Of a stretch of 32,000 nt of DNA, positions 17,753 to 27,051 are shown in pieces (the first letter of the stretch is position 1; each line of letters opens with the position of its first letter). Origin of the DNA: Dickeya solani IPO 2222 (GTDB lineage: Bacteria > Pseudomonadota > Gammaproteobacteria > Enterobacterales > Enterobacteriaceae); assembly GCF_001644705.1 (NCBI RefSeq), contig NZ_CP015137.1, positions 1,740,001 through 1,772,000 of the forward strand, in the 5' to 3' direction. The position numbers were made by a program, and so were the translations under genes. The notes beneath the pieces were generated by a model, which ran no database searches, was not told the DNA's origin, and worked only from the letters and a program-made list of their open reading frames with translations.

Positions 17753-19932
17753 GCCTCCTTCACCAGATACAAGGTGGCGAGCGGCGGCAATGTCAGCACC
17801 AGCGACTGCGGCCGGGAATGGCTGCCCACCGTTTCGCTATACACCAGCCCCTGATTGCCCAAATTGCCGCCGTGGTAATGCCAGGAGTCGGTATTGAGCA
17901 CCTCGCGCCAGGACCCCGGCTGATTGATGCCGACGCGATAACTGTCGCGCGGCACCGGCGTAAAGTTGCTGATAATCAGCATTTCGTTACCGTCGGCATC
18001 GCGACGGATAAAGGCGAATACCGAGTTTTCCCGGTCGTCCACCACCATCCATTCAAAGCCCTGATGCAGGTAGTCGCACTGATAGAGCGGCGGATGCTGG
18101 CGATAGCAGTGGTTGAGGTCGCGTACCAGTTGCTGTACCCCGGCATGCCAGCCTTCCGGCTCGTCCAACAGGTGCCAGTCCAGACTGGTGTCGTGGTTCC
18201 ACTCCCGTCCCTGTGCGAATTCGCTGCCCATAAACAACAGCTTCTTGCCGGGATACGCCCACATGAAGCCGTAATAGGCGCGCAGGTTGGCGAACTTCTG
18301 CCAGACGTCGCCGGGCATCCTATCCAGCAACGAGCGTTTACCGTGCACCACCTCGTCATGCGACAGGGGCAGTACAAAGTTTTCGCTGTAGGCGTACAGC
18401 ATGCCGAAAGTCAGCAGGTCGTGATGGTATTTGCGGTGCACCGGGTCCAGTTGCATGTAGGCCAGCGAGTCATGCATCCAGCCCATGTTCCACTTGTAGT
18501 GAAACCCCAGCCCGCCATGCTCCGGCGGCAACGTCACCCCGGCGTAATCGGTGGATTCTTCGGCAATGGTGACCGCGCCGGCGTGTTGCTGCCCCAGCAT
18601 CTGGTTGGTGTAACGCAGGAAGCCGATCGCCTCCAGGTTCTCCTTGCCGCCGAAATAGTTCGGCACCCATTGCCCGTCGCGGCGGCTGTAATCGCGGTAA
18701 ATCATCGACGCCACCGCGTCTACCCGCAGCCCATCGACGCCAAAGCGTTCAGTCCAGTACAGCGCGTTGCCCGCCAGATAATTGCGCACCTCATGACGGT
18801 CAAAGTTGTAAATTAGCGTGTTCCAGTCCTGGTGGTAGCCTTCTTTCGGATCGGCGTATTCGTACAGCGCGGTGCCGTCGAAACGCGCTAACCCGTAGCT
18901 GTCCGCCGGGAAATGGCCGGAGACCCAGTCCAGCAACACATTGATGCCCGCTTCGTGAAAGGCCGAGACCAGATAACGGAAGTCGTCCGGTGAACCGAAA
19001 CGGCGGGTGGGCGCGTATAACCCCAGCGGCTGATAGCCCCAACTGCCGTCAAACGGGTGCTCATGCACCGGCATCAGTTCGACATGGGTAAACCCCATCT
19101 CTTTCACGTACGGCACCAGTTGATCCGCCAGTTCGCGGTAGCTGAGCCAGAAATTATTGTCGGTGTGCCGCCGCCATGACCCCAGGTGCACCTCGTAAAT
19201 GGAAATCGGCGACTGCAGATCGTTGGCGTGCTGCCGCGCTTCATCCACCGGCAGCGTCGGCGGCAGATTGCTAACCACAGACGCGGTGTCCGGCCGCATC
19301 TGGGACTCGAAGGCATAAGGGTCAGACTTCACCAGCGCGTTGCCGTAACAGTCGATGATTTCGAACTTGTACAACTGGCCCGGCCCGACACCCGGTACGA
19401 ACAGTTCCCACACGCCGTTTTCTCGCCGCACCCGCATTGGATGGCGACGCCCGTCCCAAAAATTGAAATCGCCCACCACCGACACCCGCTGAGCATTCGG
19501 CGCCCAGACGGCAAAACAGGTGCCGGCGACCCCATCCAGCGTGGCCGGATGCGCCCCCAGCGTTTCAAACGGCCGCAAATGGCGCCCTTCCGCCAAGAGC
19601 CAGATATCCAGCTCCTGCAGCAGGGTGCCAAAACGGTAAGGATCATCAATCACATACTTATTCTGCTGCCAGGTCACCGCCAACTGATAGCTGAACGGCT
19701 TTTTGCGACGGGGAATCGCCGCCGCAAAAAAACCGCGCGGATCCAGGCATTGCAGGTCCACGACTTTACGTCCGCTGTGTGCGTCCACGACCCAGACATC
19801 GCTGGCATCGGGAAGCAGGGCTCGCACTTCCAGTCCCGACGCGGTGTCATGCATACCCAACACGGCAAAAGGATCGGCGTAATGGCCGGAAAAAAGGAGA
19901 TTAATAATGTTCTGATCGGAAAACCCTGACAT
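17749..19932 (-). CDS. glgB: 1,4-alpha-glucan branching enzyme GlgB
   Basis: Track ORF 17749..19992. The start is placed at ATG 19932 ([28 protein letters not shown]), with AGAGGA 8 nt upstream. This gives 727 aa against 728 aa for E. coli GlgB. The motifs GLRVDAV and EESTD are present. Confidence 0.95.
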   Translation of the reverse strand: MSGFSDQNIINLLFSGHYADPFAVLGMHDTASGLEVRALLPDASDVWVVDAHSGRKVVDLQCLDPRGFFAAAIPRRKKPFSYQLAVTWQQNKYVIDDPYRFGTLLQELDIWLLAEGRHLRPFETLGAHPATLDGVAGTCFAVWAPNAQRVSVVGDFNFWDGRRHPMRVRRENGVWELFVPGVGPGQLYKFEIIDCYGNALVKSDPYAFESQMRPDTASVVSNLPPTLPVDEARQHANDLQSPISIYEVHLGSWRRHTDNNFWLSYRELADQLVPYVKEMGFTHVELMPVHEHPFDGSWGYQPLGLYAPTRRFGSPDDFRYLVSAFHEAGINVLLDWVSGHFPADSYGLARFDGTALYEYADPKEGYHQDWNTLIYNFDRHEVRNYLAGNALYWTERFGVDGLRVDAVASMIYRDYSRRDGQWVPNYFGGKENLEAIGFLRYTNQMLGQQHAGAVTIAEESTDYAGVTLPPEHGGLGFHYKWNMGWMHDSLAYMQLDPVHRKYHHDLLTFGMLYAYSENFVLPLSHDEVVHGKRSLLDRMPGDVWQKFANLRAYYGFMWAYPGKKLLFMGSEFAQGREWNHDTSLDWHLLDEPEGWHAGVQQLVRDLNHCYRQHPPLYQCDYLHQGFEWMVVDDRENSVFAFIRRDADGNEMLIISNFTPVPRDSYRVGINQPGSWREVLNTDSWHYHGGNLGNQGLVYSETVGSHSRPQSLVLTLPPLATLYLVKEA

Positions 19933-20314
19933 GGCATCCATCCTCTGAATTAACCATCTGAATAAGTTAAACATGTTAAAGAGACAGATCATTTCTTCGG
20001 CATTCTTATTAATGTGGAAATGCCCTGCGTCAATAACAGAAAAGGAACCAGCCTGACCCCATAAAAAAGAGAACTAACCTGAACAAGAAAATACCTCGCG
20101 GCAACCACTGAGGTTGCGAAGCATTGTTCAGATGAGCCTAAGATTCAGCTTAGTCAAGAAAAGAGAAAATATTTGAGATTATGGATAAATTTTTACGGTC
20201 GAGACTTATAAGAAAAAATAATTAATCATAGTGTTAGCGAATGTTGATCCTGTCCGGGGATTGTTCGACCGCGACGGGTAAAATCGTATGCATCAACAGG
20301 GAGGTGTACTGCTT

Positions 20315-22021
20315 ATGATAAGCCAAATCGATCTGATTCTGTCATTGCTGCAACAAACATGCGTCTATCTGGTCATTGCCTATCTGTTGAGCAAAACTCC
20401 GCTGTTTATTCCGCTGACGCAGGTCACCATCCGTCTGCCGCATAAACTGATCTGCTACCTGACCTTCTCAATGTTCTGCATCCTCGGCACCTATTTCGGC
20501 CTGCATATTGACGACTCCATCGCCAATACCCGCGCCATCGGCGCACTGCTGGGCGGCGTGCTGGGCGGGCCGTCGGTGGGCGTTCTGGTCGGGCTGACCG
20601 GCGGCCTGCATCGCTATTCCCTTGGCGGCATGACCGCGCTGGCCTGCATGGTTTCCACCATCGCGGAAGGGCTGGCCGGCGGCCTGCTGCACCGCTACCT
20701 GACCCGTCGCCACCGCATCGACCTGTTGTTCCAGCCGCTGGTCATCGCCGCCGCCACCCTGCTGGTGGAGCTGTTGCAGATGAGCATCATCCTGCTGTTG
20801 TCACGGCCGTTTGGCGACGCGCTGGCGCTGGTAAAAAGCATCGCGCTGCCGATGATCATCACCAACAGCGTGGGAGCGGCGATGTTCATGCGTATCCTGC
20901 TGGACCGGCGGGCGATGTTCGAGAAATACACGTCGGCGTTTTCCGCCCGGGCGTTGCAGATTGCCGCCCGCGCCGAAGGGGCGCTGCGGGAAGGGTTCAA
21001 TCCGAGAACCAGCATGCGGGTAGCGCGCATCCTGTATGAAGAGCTGGGCGTCGGCGCGGTCGCCATCACCGATCGGGAAAAACTGCTGGCGTTCATCGGC
21101 ACCGGCGACGATCACCACACGGTCGGTTCGCTGATCACCTCTCCGTTCACCCATCAGGCTATCGACCACAATCAGGTGGTGTACGCCGACGGCAATGAAG
21201 CGCCATTCAATTGCTCCATCTCGCCGCACTGTAAGCTCGGGTCCACGCTGGTGATTCCGCTGCGCGGCGAAGAACAGCGCGTGATCGGCACCATCAAGCT
21301 GTATGAACCGAAAAACAAGCTGTTCTCCAGCATCAACCGGACGCTGGGGGAAGGGATCGGCCACCTGCTGTCGGCCCAGATTTTCGCCGGCCGCTTCGAG
21401 CAACAGAAACAATTGCTGGCGCAGTCTGAAATCAAGCTGCTGCACGCGCAGGTCAACCCGCATTTCCTGTTCAACACCCTCAACACCCTGTCGGCAATTA
21501 TCCGCCGCAATCCGGATCAGGCGCGCCAGTTGGTGCTGTCGCTGTCCACCTTCTTTCGCAAAAATCTCAAGCGCAGCAGCGACGAGGTGGCTCTCAGCGA
21601 TGAACTGGAGCATGTCGACGCCTACCTTGAAATCGAGAAGGCGCGCTTCGCCAACCTGCTGACGGTGGACATCGCCATCCCGCCATCGCTCAGGGCCGCC
21701 AAGCTACCGGCTTTTTCCCTGCAGCCGCTGGTGGAAAACGCCATCAAGCACGGCATTTCCCAAATGCTGGACAACGGTCATCTTCGCATTGAGGCCCGCA
21801 CCCACGCCAACATGCTGGAACTAACGGTGGAGGACAACGCCGGGACCTATCACCCGCGCAACGGCGGCGACGGGCTGGGTATGAATCTGGTGGACCGGCG
21901 CATCAAGGCGCGTTACGGCCATCACTACGGCATCACCGTCACCAGCGAGCCGGAACGCTTTACCCGCGTGCGCGTGCGCGTGCCGCTGCGGGTGAGCTCG
22001 CAACGGGTCGGGGTGCGGTAA
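20315..22021 (+). CDS. btsS: LytS-family sensor histidine kinase, BtsS/YehU-like (5TMR-LYT, GAF, His_kinase and HATPase domains)
   Basis: Track ORF 20288..22021. The start is placed at ATG 20315 (MISQIDLILSLLQQTCVYLVIAYLLSKTPLFIPLTQVTIRLPHK...), which parallels the E. coli YehU N-terminus as I recall it. The motifs HAQVNPHFLFNTLN, ENAIKHG and GLGMNLV are present. The symbol is less certain than the family call. Confidence 0.75.
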   Translation: MISQIDLILSLLQQTCVYLVIAYLLSKTPLFIPLTQVTIRLPHKLICYLTFSMFCILGTYFGLHIDDSIANTRAIGALLGGVLGGPSVGVLVGLTGGLHRYSLGGMTALACMVSTIAEGLAGGLLHRYLTRRHRIDLLFQPLVIAAATLLVELLQMSIILLLSRPFGDALALVKSIALPMIITNSVGAAMFMRILLDRRAMFEKYTSAFSARALQIAARAEGALREGFNPRTSMRVARILYEELGVGAVAITDREKLLAFIGTGDDHHTVGSLITSPFTHQAIDHNQVVYADGNEAPFNCSISPHCKLGSTLVIPLRGEEQRVIGTIKLYEPKNKLFSSINRTLGEGIGHLLSAQIFAGRFEQQKQLLAQSEIKLLHAQVNPHFLFNTLNTLSAIIRRNPDQARQLVLSLSTFFRKNLKRSSDEVALSDELEHVDAYLEIEKARFANLLTVDIAIPPSLRAAKLPAFSLQPLVENAIKHGISQMLDNGHLRIEARTHANMLELTVEDNAGTYHPRNGGDGLGMNLVDRRIKARYGHHYGITVTSEPERFTRVRVRVPLRVSSQRVGVR

Positions 22022-22037
22022 CTATAGCGTAGCGGTT

Positions 22038-22265
22038 TATACCCTAAATAACTCGAGTTGCAGGAAGGCGGCAACCGAGTGAACCCTCGGGAGATTACAT
22101 CAGTAAGTGAACGGGGTGAGTGGCAGAGGTGAATGGCTGAGATAAGTGACAACGCTGCCGGGAGCAGAGTTGAACGCAGCGTGCGGCGGCCCCGACGGGG
22201 CAAGGCACATGGATGGGCCGAGTAATACAGCCAACGCAGCTGCAACGTGAAATATGGCGGGTATA
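22038..22265. repeat. ERIC/IRU element, long variant (228 bp)
   Basis: The termini tataccctaaataactcgagttgcagg ... ctgcaacgtgaaatatggcgggtata are inverted repeats. The internal sequence gtgaaccctcgggagattacatcagtaagtgaacggggtgag matches the ERIC core (GTGAATCCCCAGGAGCTTACATAAGTAAGTGACTGGGGTGAGCG). About 100 bp of extra internal sequence is present compared with the ~127-bp consensus. Confidence 0.85.
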
Positions 22266-22274
22266 GCGCACCAA

Positions 22275-22305
22275 TAAAAAACGGCTTCCCTTGTGGGGGA
22301 AGCCG
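22275..22305 (-). terminator. Rho-independent terminator of the cold-shock gene
   Basis: On the minus strand the sequence reads cggcttccc-ccacaa-gggaagccg followed by TTTTTTATT. Confidence 0.8.
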
Positions 22306-22392
22306 CTATCAGGCAAACCTGGGTATTACATCAACTTCGCTGCTCCGGCTAATGCCATCCTCGCTATCGTAAGCGATGATTACCCGAGGGAA

Positions 22393-22605
22393 TTACAGCC
22401 CTACAACGTTTTCAGCAGAAGGACCTTTCGGGCCGTTGCCGATAACGAATTCAACTTTCTGACCTTCGTACAGGGTCTTGAAGCTATCGCTCTGGATGGC
22501 AGAGAAATGAACAAACACGTCTTTGCTGCCGTCAGCCGGAGTGATAAAACCAAAACCTTTAGATTCGTTAAACCATTTTACTGAACCAGTCATTTTATTA
22601 GACAT
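22393..22605 (-). CDS. CspA-family major cold-shock protein (70 aa)
   Basis: Track ORF 22393..22680. The start is placed at ATG 22605 ([53 protein letters not shown]...), with GAGGT 6 nt upstream. The RNP1 (KGFGFI) and RNP2 (VFVHF) motifs are present. Confidence 0.93.
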   Translation of the reverse strand: MSNKMTGSVKWFNESKGFGFITPADGSKDVFVHFSAIQSDSFKTLYEGQKVEFVIGNGPKGPSAENVVGL

Positions 22606-22781
22606 TATATTACCTCGTAATTTTTTCCAGCCCATTTTTGGGCAACATTGGTCTGCATTGCAGGAAATACTTATGAGCAAGAAAAAAAGAGATTCAGGGG
22701 AAGTGATATCGAGGATAACGCTTTGACTGAGTACTGCTTTAGTAAAATGCTTTGCATAAATAGGTCTGACTCACAAACCGT
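22606..22781 (-). promoter_or_regulatory. Long cspA-type 5' UTR with a cold-box
   Basis: The minus strand reads ACGGTTTGTGAGTCAGACC at 22781-22763, against the E. coli cspA cold-box ACGGTTTGACGTACAGACC. It is preceded by a TTAATA -10-like hexamer. The implied leader is about 176 nt, similar to the ~160-nt E. coli cspA leader. Confidence 0.6.
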
Positions 22782-22964
22782 GGCGCTATTAACGCATTCA
22801 CCCGGAATGAATGCAAGCATTATTTGTTATCGCGAGGTGAAAATACTTTATATTCATTAAAATTCATATAGTTAATATATTTTTCTGTGATTGTTTTTTC
22901 GGCACTGCCGGCCTCAAGACCGAAACCACAGCGCAGAATGCATGGACAACGCCACAACCTGCGA

Positions 22965-23369
22965 CTAAACATCCATCGGGATCAGGTTCAGCCGGCCGTG
23001 GCGCACGCCGGTCTGGGCAATGACCGACGCGGCAAATTGTTCCACACGCTCGGTCGGCCCGCGCAGAATCACGGTTTCCACACACTCATCATGACTGAGA
23101 TGGGTGTGCATGGTCGACACCGTCAGGTGATGATGCTCATGCTGCATGCCGGCCAGCCGGCTCGACAACTGGCGTTCGTGATGGTCGTACACATAGCTCA
23201 GTACCGCCACGCATTCCGCGTTTTTATCCTGCGCCACCGTCATTTCGCCCAGCTCGCGCCGCAGCATATCGCGAAACGCTTCCGACCGATTGGCATAGCC
23301 TTTACGCAACATCAGCGCGTCCAACGCCTCGGCCAGCGGGTCATCCAGAGAAATCGTCAGTCGTTGCAT
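22965..23369 (-). CDS. nikR: Nickel-responsive ribbon-helix-helix regulator NikR
   Basis: Track ORF 22965..23447. The start is placed at ATG 23369 (MQRLTISLDDPLAEALDALMLRKGYANRSEAFRDMLR...), giving 134 aa. The Ni-site residues are conserved (..QHEHHHLTVSTMHTHLSHDEC..). The protein is collinear with E. coli NikR. Confidence 0.9.
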   Translation of the reverse strand: MQRLTISLDDPLAEALDALMLRKGYANRSEAFRDMLRRELGEMTVAQDKNAECVAVLSYVYDHHERQLSSRLAGMQHEHHHLTVSTMHTHLSHDECVETVILRGPTERVEQFAASVIAQTGVRHGRLNLIPMDV

Positions 23370-23526
23370 GTCGGCCTCACAGAAAAGCGAAAAGAATCCC
23401 CCAGCGCGGTGCCGCGCAGGCCGCCCCATTATGCCGGGATTCAGCATGATGATCGTGATTCAGCGCAAAACGGCGCATAAATCCCCGATCGGACACATCG
23501 GAACGCATGACCTAAACGGTGACAGA

Positions 23527-23559
23527 AGAAAAAGTAAAACGCGCCCGGAAGGGCGCGTT
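23527..23559 (-). terminator. Rho-independent terminator of asd
   Basis: On the minus strand the sequence reads aacgcgccc-ttcc-gggcgcgtt followed by TTACTTTTTCTTC. Confidence 0.75.
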
Positions 23560-23579
23560 GCTTTCAAGGAAAACGCCGA

Positions 23580-24680
23580 TTACAGCAGGATGCGCAGCAT
23601 GCGGCGCAACGGTTCGGCGGCGCCCCACAGCAACTGGTCACCGACGGTGAAAGCAGACAGGTACTGCGGGCCCATGTTCAGTTTGCGCAGACGGCCCACC
23701 GGCGTGGACAGCGTACCGGTCACGGCAGCCGGGGTCAGTTCGCGCATGGTGATCTCGCGGTCGTTCGGCACCACTTTCACCCAGTCATTGTGGGTCGCCA
23801 GCATCTGCTCGATTTCCGGAATCGACACATCTTTCTTCAGTTTGAGGGTGAAAGCCTGGCTATGGCAGCGCAACGCGCCGATGCGCACGCACAGACCGTC
23901 CACCGGAATGGTGTTGGCGGTGTTGAGAATTTTGTTGGTTTCCGCCTGACCTTTCCACTCTTCGCGGCTCTGGCCGTTTTCCAGCTGTTTGTCGATCCAC
24001 GGAATCAGGCTGCCGGCCAGCGGCACGCCGAAGTTTTCCACATCCAGACCGCCACGCGACAGCGCCGTCACTTTGCGTTCGATATCCAGAATAGCGGAAG
24101 CCGGGTCGCGCAGTTCGGCAGCCACTTCGGCATTCAGTTGGCCCATCTGCACCAGCAGTTCGCGCATGTTGCGCGCGCCCGCGCCGGATGCCGCCTGATA
24201 GGTAGCGACAGACGCCCACTCCACCAGATCGTTGGCGAACAGGCCGCCCAGCGACATCAACATCAGGCTAACGGTACAGTTGCCGCCGACGAAGGTTTTG
24301 ATGCCGTTATCCAGACCGGACTTGATCACGCCGTGGTTGACCGGGTCCAGGATAATAATCGCGTCATCTTTCATTCGCAGAGAAGATGCTGCGTCGATCC
24401 AGTATCCTTGCCAGCCACTTTCACGCAGCTTTGGATAGATTTCGTTGGTATAATCGCCGCCCTGACAGGTGATGATGATATCCAGCGCGCGCAGCGCTTC
24501 CAGATTGTAGGCATCCTGCAGGACGCCCTGCTGGCCGCCCAGCGCCGGCGCCGGTTGGCCGTGCTGAGAGGTGGAGAAGAATACCGGGCGGATTAAATCA
24601 AAATCGCGTTCTTCCACCATGCGCTGCATGAGTACCGAACCGACCATACCGCGCCAGCCAATAAAACCAACATTTTTCAT
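23580..24680 (-). CDS. asd: Aspartate-semialdehyde dehydrogenase
   Basis: The 366-aa product begins [21 protein letters not shown] and contains the active-site Cys motif GGNCTVSLM. Confidence 0.97.
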   Translation of the reverse strand: MKNVGFIGWRGMVGSVLMQRMVEERDFDLIRPVFFSTSQHGQPAPALGGQQGVLQDAYNLEALRALDIIITCQGGDYTNEIYPKLRESGWQGYWIDAASSLRMKDDAIIILDPVNHGVIKSGLDNGIKTFVGGNCTVSLMLMSLGGLFANDLVEWASVATYQAASGAGARNMRELLVQMGQLNAEVAAELRDPASAILDIERKVTALSRGGLDVENFGVPLAGSLIPWIDKQLENGQSREEWKGQAETNKILNTANTIPVDGLCVRIGALRCHSQAFTLKLKKDVSIPEIEQMLATHNDWVKVVPNDREITMRELTPAAVTGTLSTPVGRLRKLNMGPQYLSAFTVGDQLLWGAAEPLRRMLRILL

Positions 24681-24877
24681 GGTAACCGTCCTGCCTGGGT
24701 GACAAAAAGCAATCCGACTGCCGTTTCAGGCAGGGAGCATAGTGTAAAGTGATGACTGTCAACCTTACAAAATGTACCAGAAGTCGCAAGTGAATTTATT
24801 CGATGACTCAGGCGTTTTCAGCAACACGCCTAATGTGTCTGATAGAAGGCTGGGGATGAGAGGAGCTTACCGCCACC

Positions 24878-25471
24878 ATGACTGAAATGATCTCGGCAAC
24901 CGTACTGTTGCTGTTAATTATGGATCCGCTCGGCAATCTGCCGGTGTTTATGTCGGTACTGAAACACCTGGATCCCAAACGGCGACGCGTGGTGCTGATT
25001 AGGGAAATGATCATCGCGCTGGGGGTAATGCTGGTGTTTCTGTTCGCCGGCGAGAAGATTCTGGCGATACTGAACCTGCGCACGGAAACCGTCTCCATTT
25101 CCGGCGGGATCGTGCTGTTTTTGATCGCCATCCGCATGATTTTCCCAACGCAGGAAGGCTTTACCAGCGGCCTGCCCGCCGGCGACGAGCCGTTTCTGGT
25201 GCCGCTGGCTATCCCGATGGTGGCCGGGCCGTCGATTCTGGCCGCGCTAATGCTGCTCTCACACCAGTATCCGAATCAGATGTCGCACCTAACGCTGGCG
25301 CTGTTCATCGCCTGGGGCATTACGGTGGTCGTGCTGCTGCTGTCGAACCTGTTCCTGCGCCTGTTGGGCGACAAGGGCGTCAATGCGCTGGAACGGCTGA
25401 TGGGGCTGGTGCTGGTCATGCTCTCCACCCAGATGTTTCTGGATGGTATTCAGGCCTACCTGAAACTGTAA
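24878..25471 (+). CDS. yhgN: MarC/UPF0056-family inner membrane protein YhgN
   Basis: The 197-aa product has MTEMISATVLLLLIMDPLGNLPVFMSVLKH... and ...GVNALERLMGLVLVMLSTQMFLDGI, collinear with E. coli YhgN. It occupies the same position next to asd as in E. coli. Confidence 0.88.
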   Translation: MTEMISATVLLLLIMDPLGNLPVFMSVLKHLDPKRRRVVLIREMIIALGVMLVFLFAGEKILAILNLRTETVSISGGIVLFLIAIRMIFPTQEGFTSGLPAGDEPFLVPLAIPMVAGPSILAALMLLSHQYPNQMSHLTLALFIAWGITVVVLLLSNLFLRLLGDKGVNALERLMGLVLVMLSTQMFLDGIQAYLKL

Positions 25472-25485
25472 CCGTAGACCGGGCA

Positions 25486-25519
25486 CTCTCAGTCTCCCTG
25501 CCGCAGCGGAGACTGAGAG
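25486..25519. terminator. Perfect 12-bp stem hairpin (ctctcagtctcc / ggagactgagag, 10-nt loop) between the convergent genes yhgN and gntT
   Basis: Read directly from the sequence. There is no flanking T-run on either strand, so function as a terminator is uncertain. Confidence 0.4.
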
Positions 25520-25546
25520 AAGATGGTTACATCCCGCCAGCTATCA

Positions 25547-26863
25547 TTACACCACGTAGCTCAACAGCAGGGTGCCGGCCAAACCGCACACCGCGATAAT
25601 GGTCTCCAGCGCCGACCACGACTTCAGCGTTTCCGGAATGCTCAGGTTGAAATACTCCTTAAACAGCCAGAAGCCGGGGTCGTTGACGTGGGAGAAAATC
25701 ACGCTGCCGGAACCGACCGCAATCACCATCAGTTCCGGGCTGACGCCGCTGGTAGCAATAATCGGCGCCACAATCCCGCCCGCGGTCAGCGCGGCCACTG
25801 TGGCCGACCCCAATGCCAGGCGCAGTACGGCGGCGATAAGCCAACCCAGCAGCAGCGGCGAAACGCTACTACCGTGCATCATCCCGGCGATGTACTTGTC
25901 TACGCCGCTGTCGACCAGCACCTGTTTAAACGCGCCGCCGCCGCCGAGGATCAGCAACATCATGGCGATGATTTTAATCGAGTCGGTAATGGTGCCCATC
26001 ACCTCATCCATGCTGCGGCCACGGTTCAAGCCGAAGGTGAAAATAGCGATCAGCACCGCAATCAGGGTTGCCATCACCGGGTCGCCGAAGAACTCGGCAT
26101 ACGGCAACAATGCGTGTCCCTTCGGTAATACCATTTCCGCCACGGCGCGCAGCGCCATCAGAATCACCGGCACCAGCGCGGTCATCACGCTGACTAAAAA
26201 ACTCGGCATTTCCTGCTCGGTAAACTGCTTCGGGTTATACAGCCCTTCCGGAACCGGCTTGTCGATCTTCTTCAGAAAACGGGCATAAACCGGACCCGCC
26301 AGAATCACCGTCGGGATACCCAGCAACGTACCGTACAGCAGGGTTTTGCCCATATCGGCGTGAAACAGCGACGCAATCGCCGTCGGCCCCGGATGCGGCG
26401 GCAGGAAGCCGTGGGTAACCGACAACGCCGCCGCCATCGGCACGCCGGCATACAGCAGCGGAATGCGCGCCGACGCCACAATGCTGAACACCAGCGGCAA
26501 CAGCAGCACAAAGCCCACTTCATAGAACAGCGCGAAACCGACGGTAAAGCCGGTCAGTACAATCGCCCACTGAATATGCTTACGGCCGAAGCGATGAATC
26601 AGCGTGGTGGCGATACGCTGCGCACCGCCGCAGTCCGCCAGCAGTTTCCCCAGCATGGCGCCGAACCCCATGATCAGGGCCAGGCTGCCCAGCGTGCCGC
26701 CCACCCCGTTCTTGATGGACGTCATCACCTTCTGCACCGGCATTCCCTGCATGATACCCACGGCCAGGGCAACCAGAATCAGTGCAATAAAGCCGTTCAG
26801 TTTAAAGCGGATCATCAGCACCAGCAGCAGTGCGACACCCACAGCGACAATAACGAGTGGCAT
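25547..26863 (-). CDS. gntT: GntP-family gluconate:H+ symporter, GntT-like
   Basis: Track ORF 25547..26905. The start is placed at ATG 26863 (MPLVIVAVGVALLLVLMIRFKLNGFIALILVALAVGIMQGMP...), giving 438 aa, with GGAG 6 nt upstream. It is near-collinear with E. coli GntT as I recall it, although it sits where E. coli has gntU. Confidence 0.85.
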   Translation of the reverse strand: MPLVIVAVGVALLLVLMIRFKLNGFIALILVALAVGIMQGMPVQKVMTSIKNGVGGTLGSLALIMGFGAMLGKLLADCGGAQRIATTLIHRFGRKHIQWAIVLTGFTVGFALFYEVGFVLLLPLVFSIVASARIPLLYAGVPMAAALSVTHGFLPPHPGPTAIASLFHADMGKTLLYGTLLGIPTVILAGPVYARFLKKIDKPVPEGLYNPKQFTEQEMPSFLVSVMTALVPVILMALRAVAEMVLPKGHALLPYAEFFGDPVMATLIAVLIAIFTFGLNRGRSMDEVMGTITDSIKIIAMMLLILGGGGAFKQVLVDSGVDKYIAGMMHGSSVSPLLLGWLIAAVLRLALGSATVAALTAGGIVAPIIATSGVSPELMVIAVGSGSVIFSHVNDPGFWLFKEYFNLSIPETLKSWSALETIIAVCGLAGTLLLSYVV

Positions 26864-26998
26864 AACGATCTCCGGCAACCCCTGCCTGCGCGAGTCGGGC
26901 AACAACAGGGGGATTTTCTTGTGTTTTGCGAATTCTCCCGGTGTTTCGGGCGTGCCTTCGCTACAGTAGAGTCAGGCGTTCGGGTAGCGCTTAACCCG

Positions 26999-27014
26999 TG
27001 TGATATACATCACA
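26999..27014. promoter_or_regulatory. Consensus CRP site in the gntT/gntK divergent region
   Basis: TGTGAtatacaTCACA is an exact TGTGA-N6-TCACA. Confidence 0.6.
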
Positions 27015-27021
27015 ACCCACG

Positions 27022-27051
27022 ATGTTACCGGTATCATGATACCGGTAACAT
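27022..27051. promoter_or_regulatory. Two overlapping GntR operators forming a 30-bp perfect palindrome
   Basis: The palindrome is ATGTTACCGGTATCATGATACCGGTAACAT. It contains ATGTTA-N4-TATCAT and ATGATA-N4-TAACAT, matching the known GntR operator pattern ATGTTA-N4-TAACAT. It lies 60 bp upstream of the gntK ATG. Confidence 0.7.

Noticed and set aside
17659-18816. 385-aa plus-strand ORF, together with the 247-aa ORF at 19186..19929
   Set aside because: Both are antisense to glgB, and the first also overlaps the glgX start. Their composition is dominated by R, H, Q, V and P, with no recognisable motifs. The opposite strand carries unambiguous GH13 branching-enzyme motifs.
22023-22268. The heptamer tatagcg on both sides of the long ERIC copy, considered as a target-site duplication
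   Set aside because: The right-hand copy overlaps the element's own terminal sequence (gggTATAgcg), and the left-hand copy lies 8 nt away from the terminus. ERIC elements are not known to generate such duplications. The observation is too weak without other copies to compare.
10432-22305. Shared 13-mer AAAAACGGCTTCC in the terminators at 10430-10458 and 22276-22305, considered as a dispersed repeat
   Set aside because: The loops and downstream arms differ, and the similarity is confined to a generic A-run plus a GC-rich stem. It is most simply explained as coincidence between two ordinary intrinsic terminators.
23790-24596. 268-aa plus-strand ORF, together with 23368..23949
   Set aside because: The first is antisense to asd. 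The second spans the nikR upstream region, the asd terminator and the 3' end of asd in antisense. Neither has an RBS or recognisable domains.
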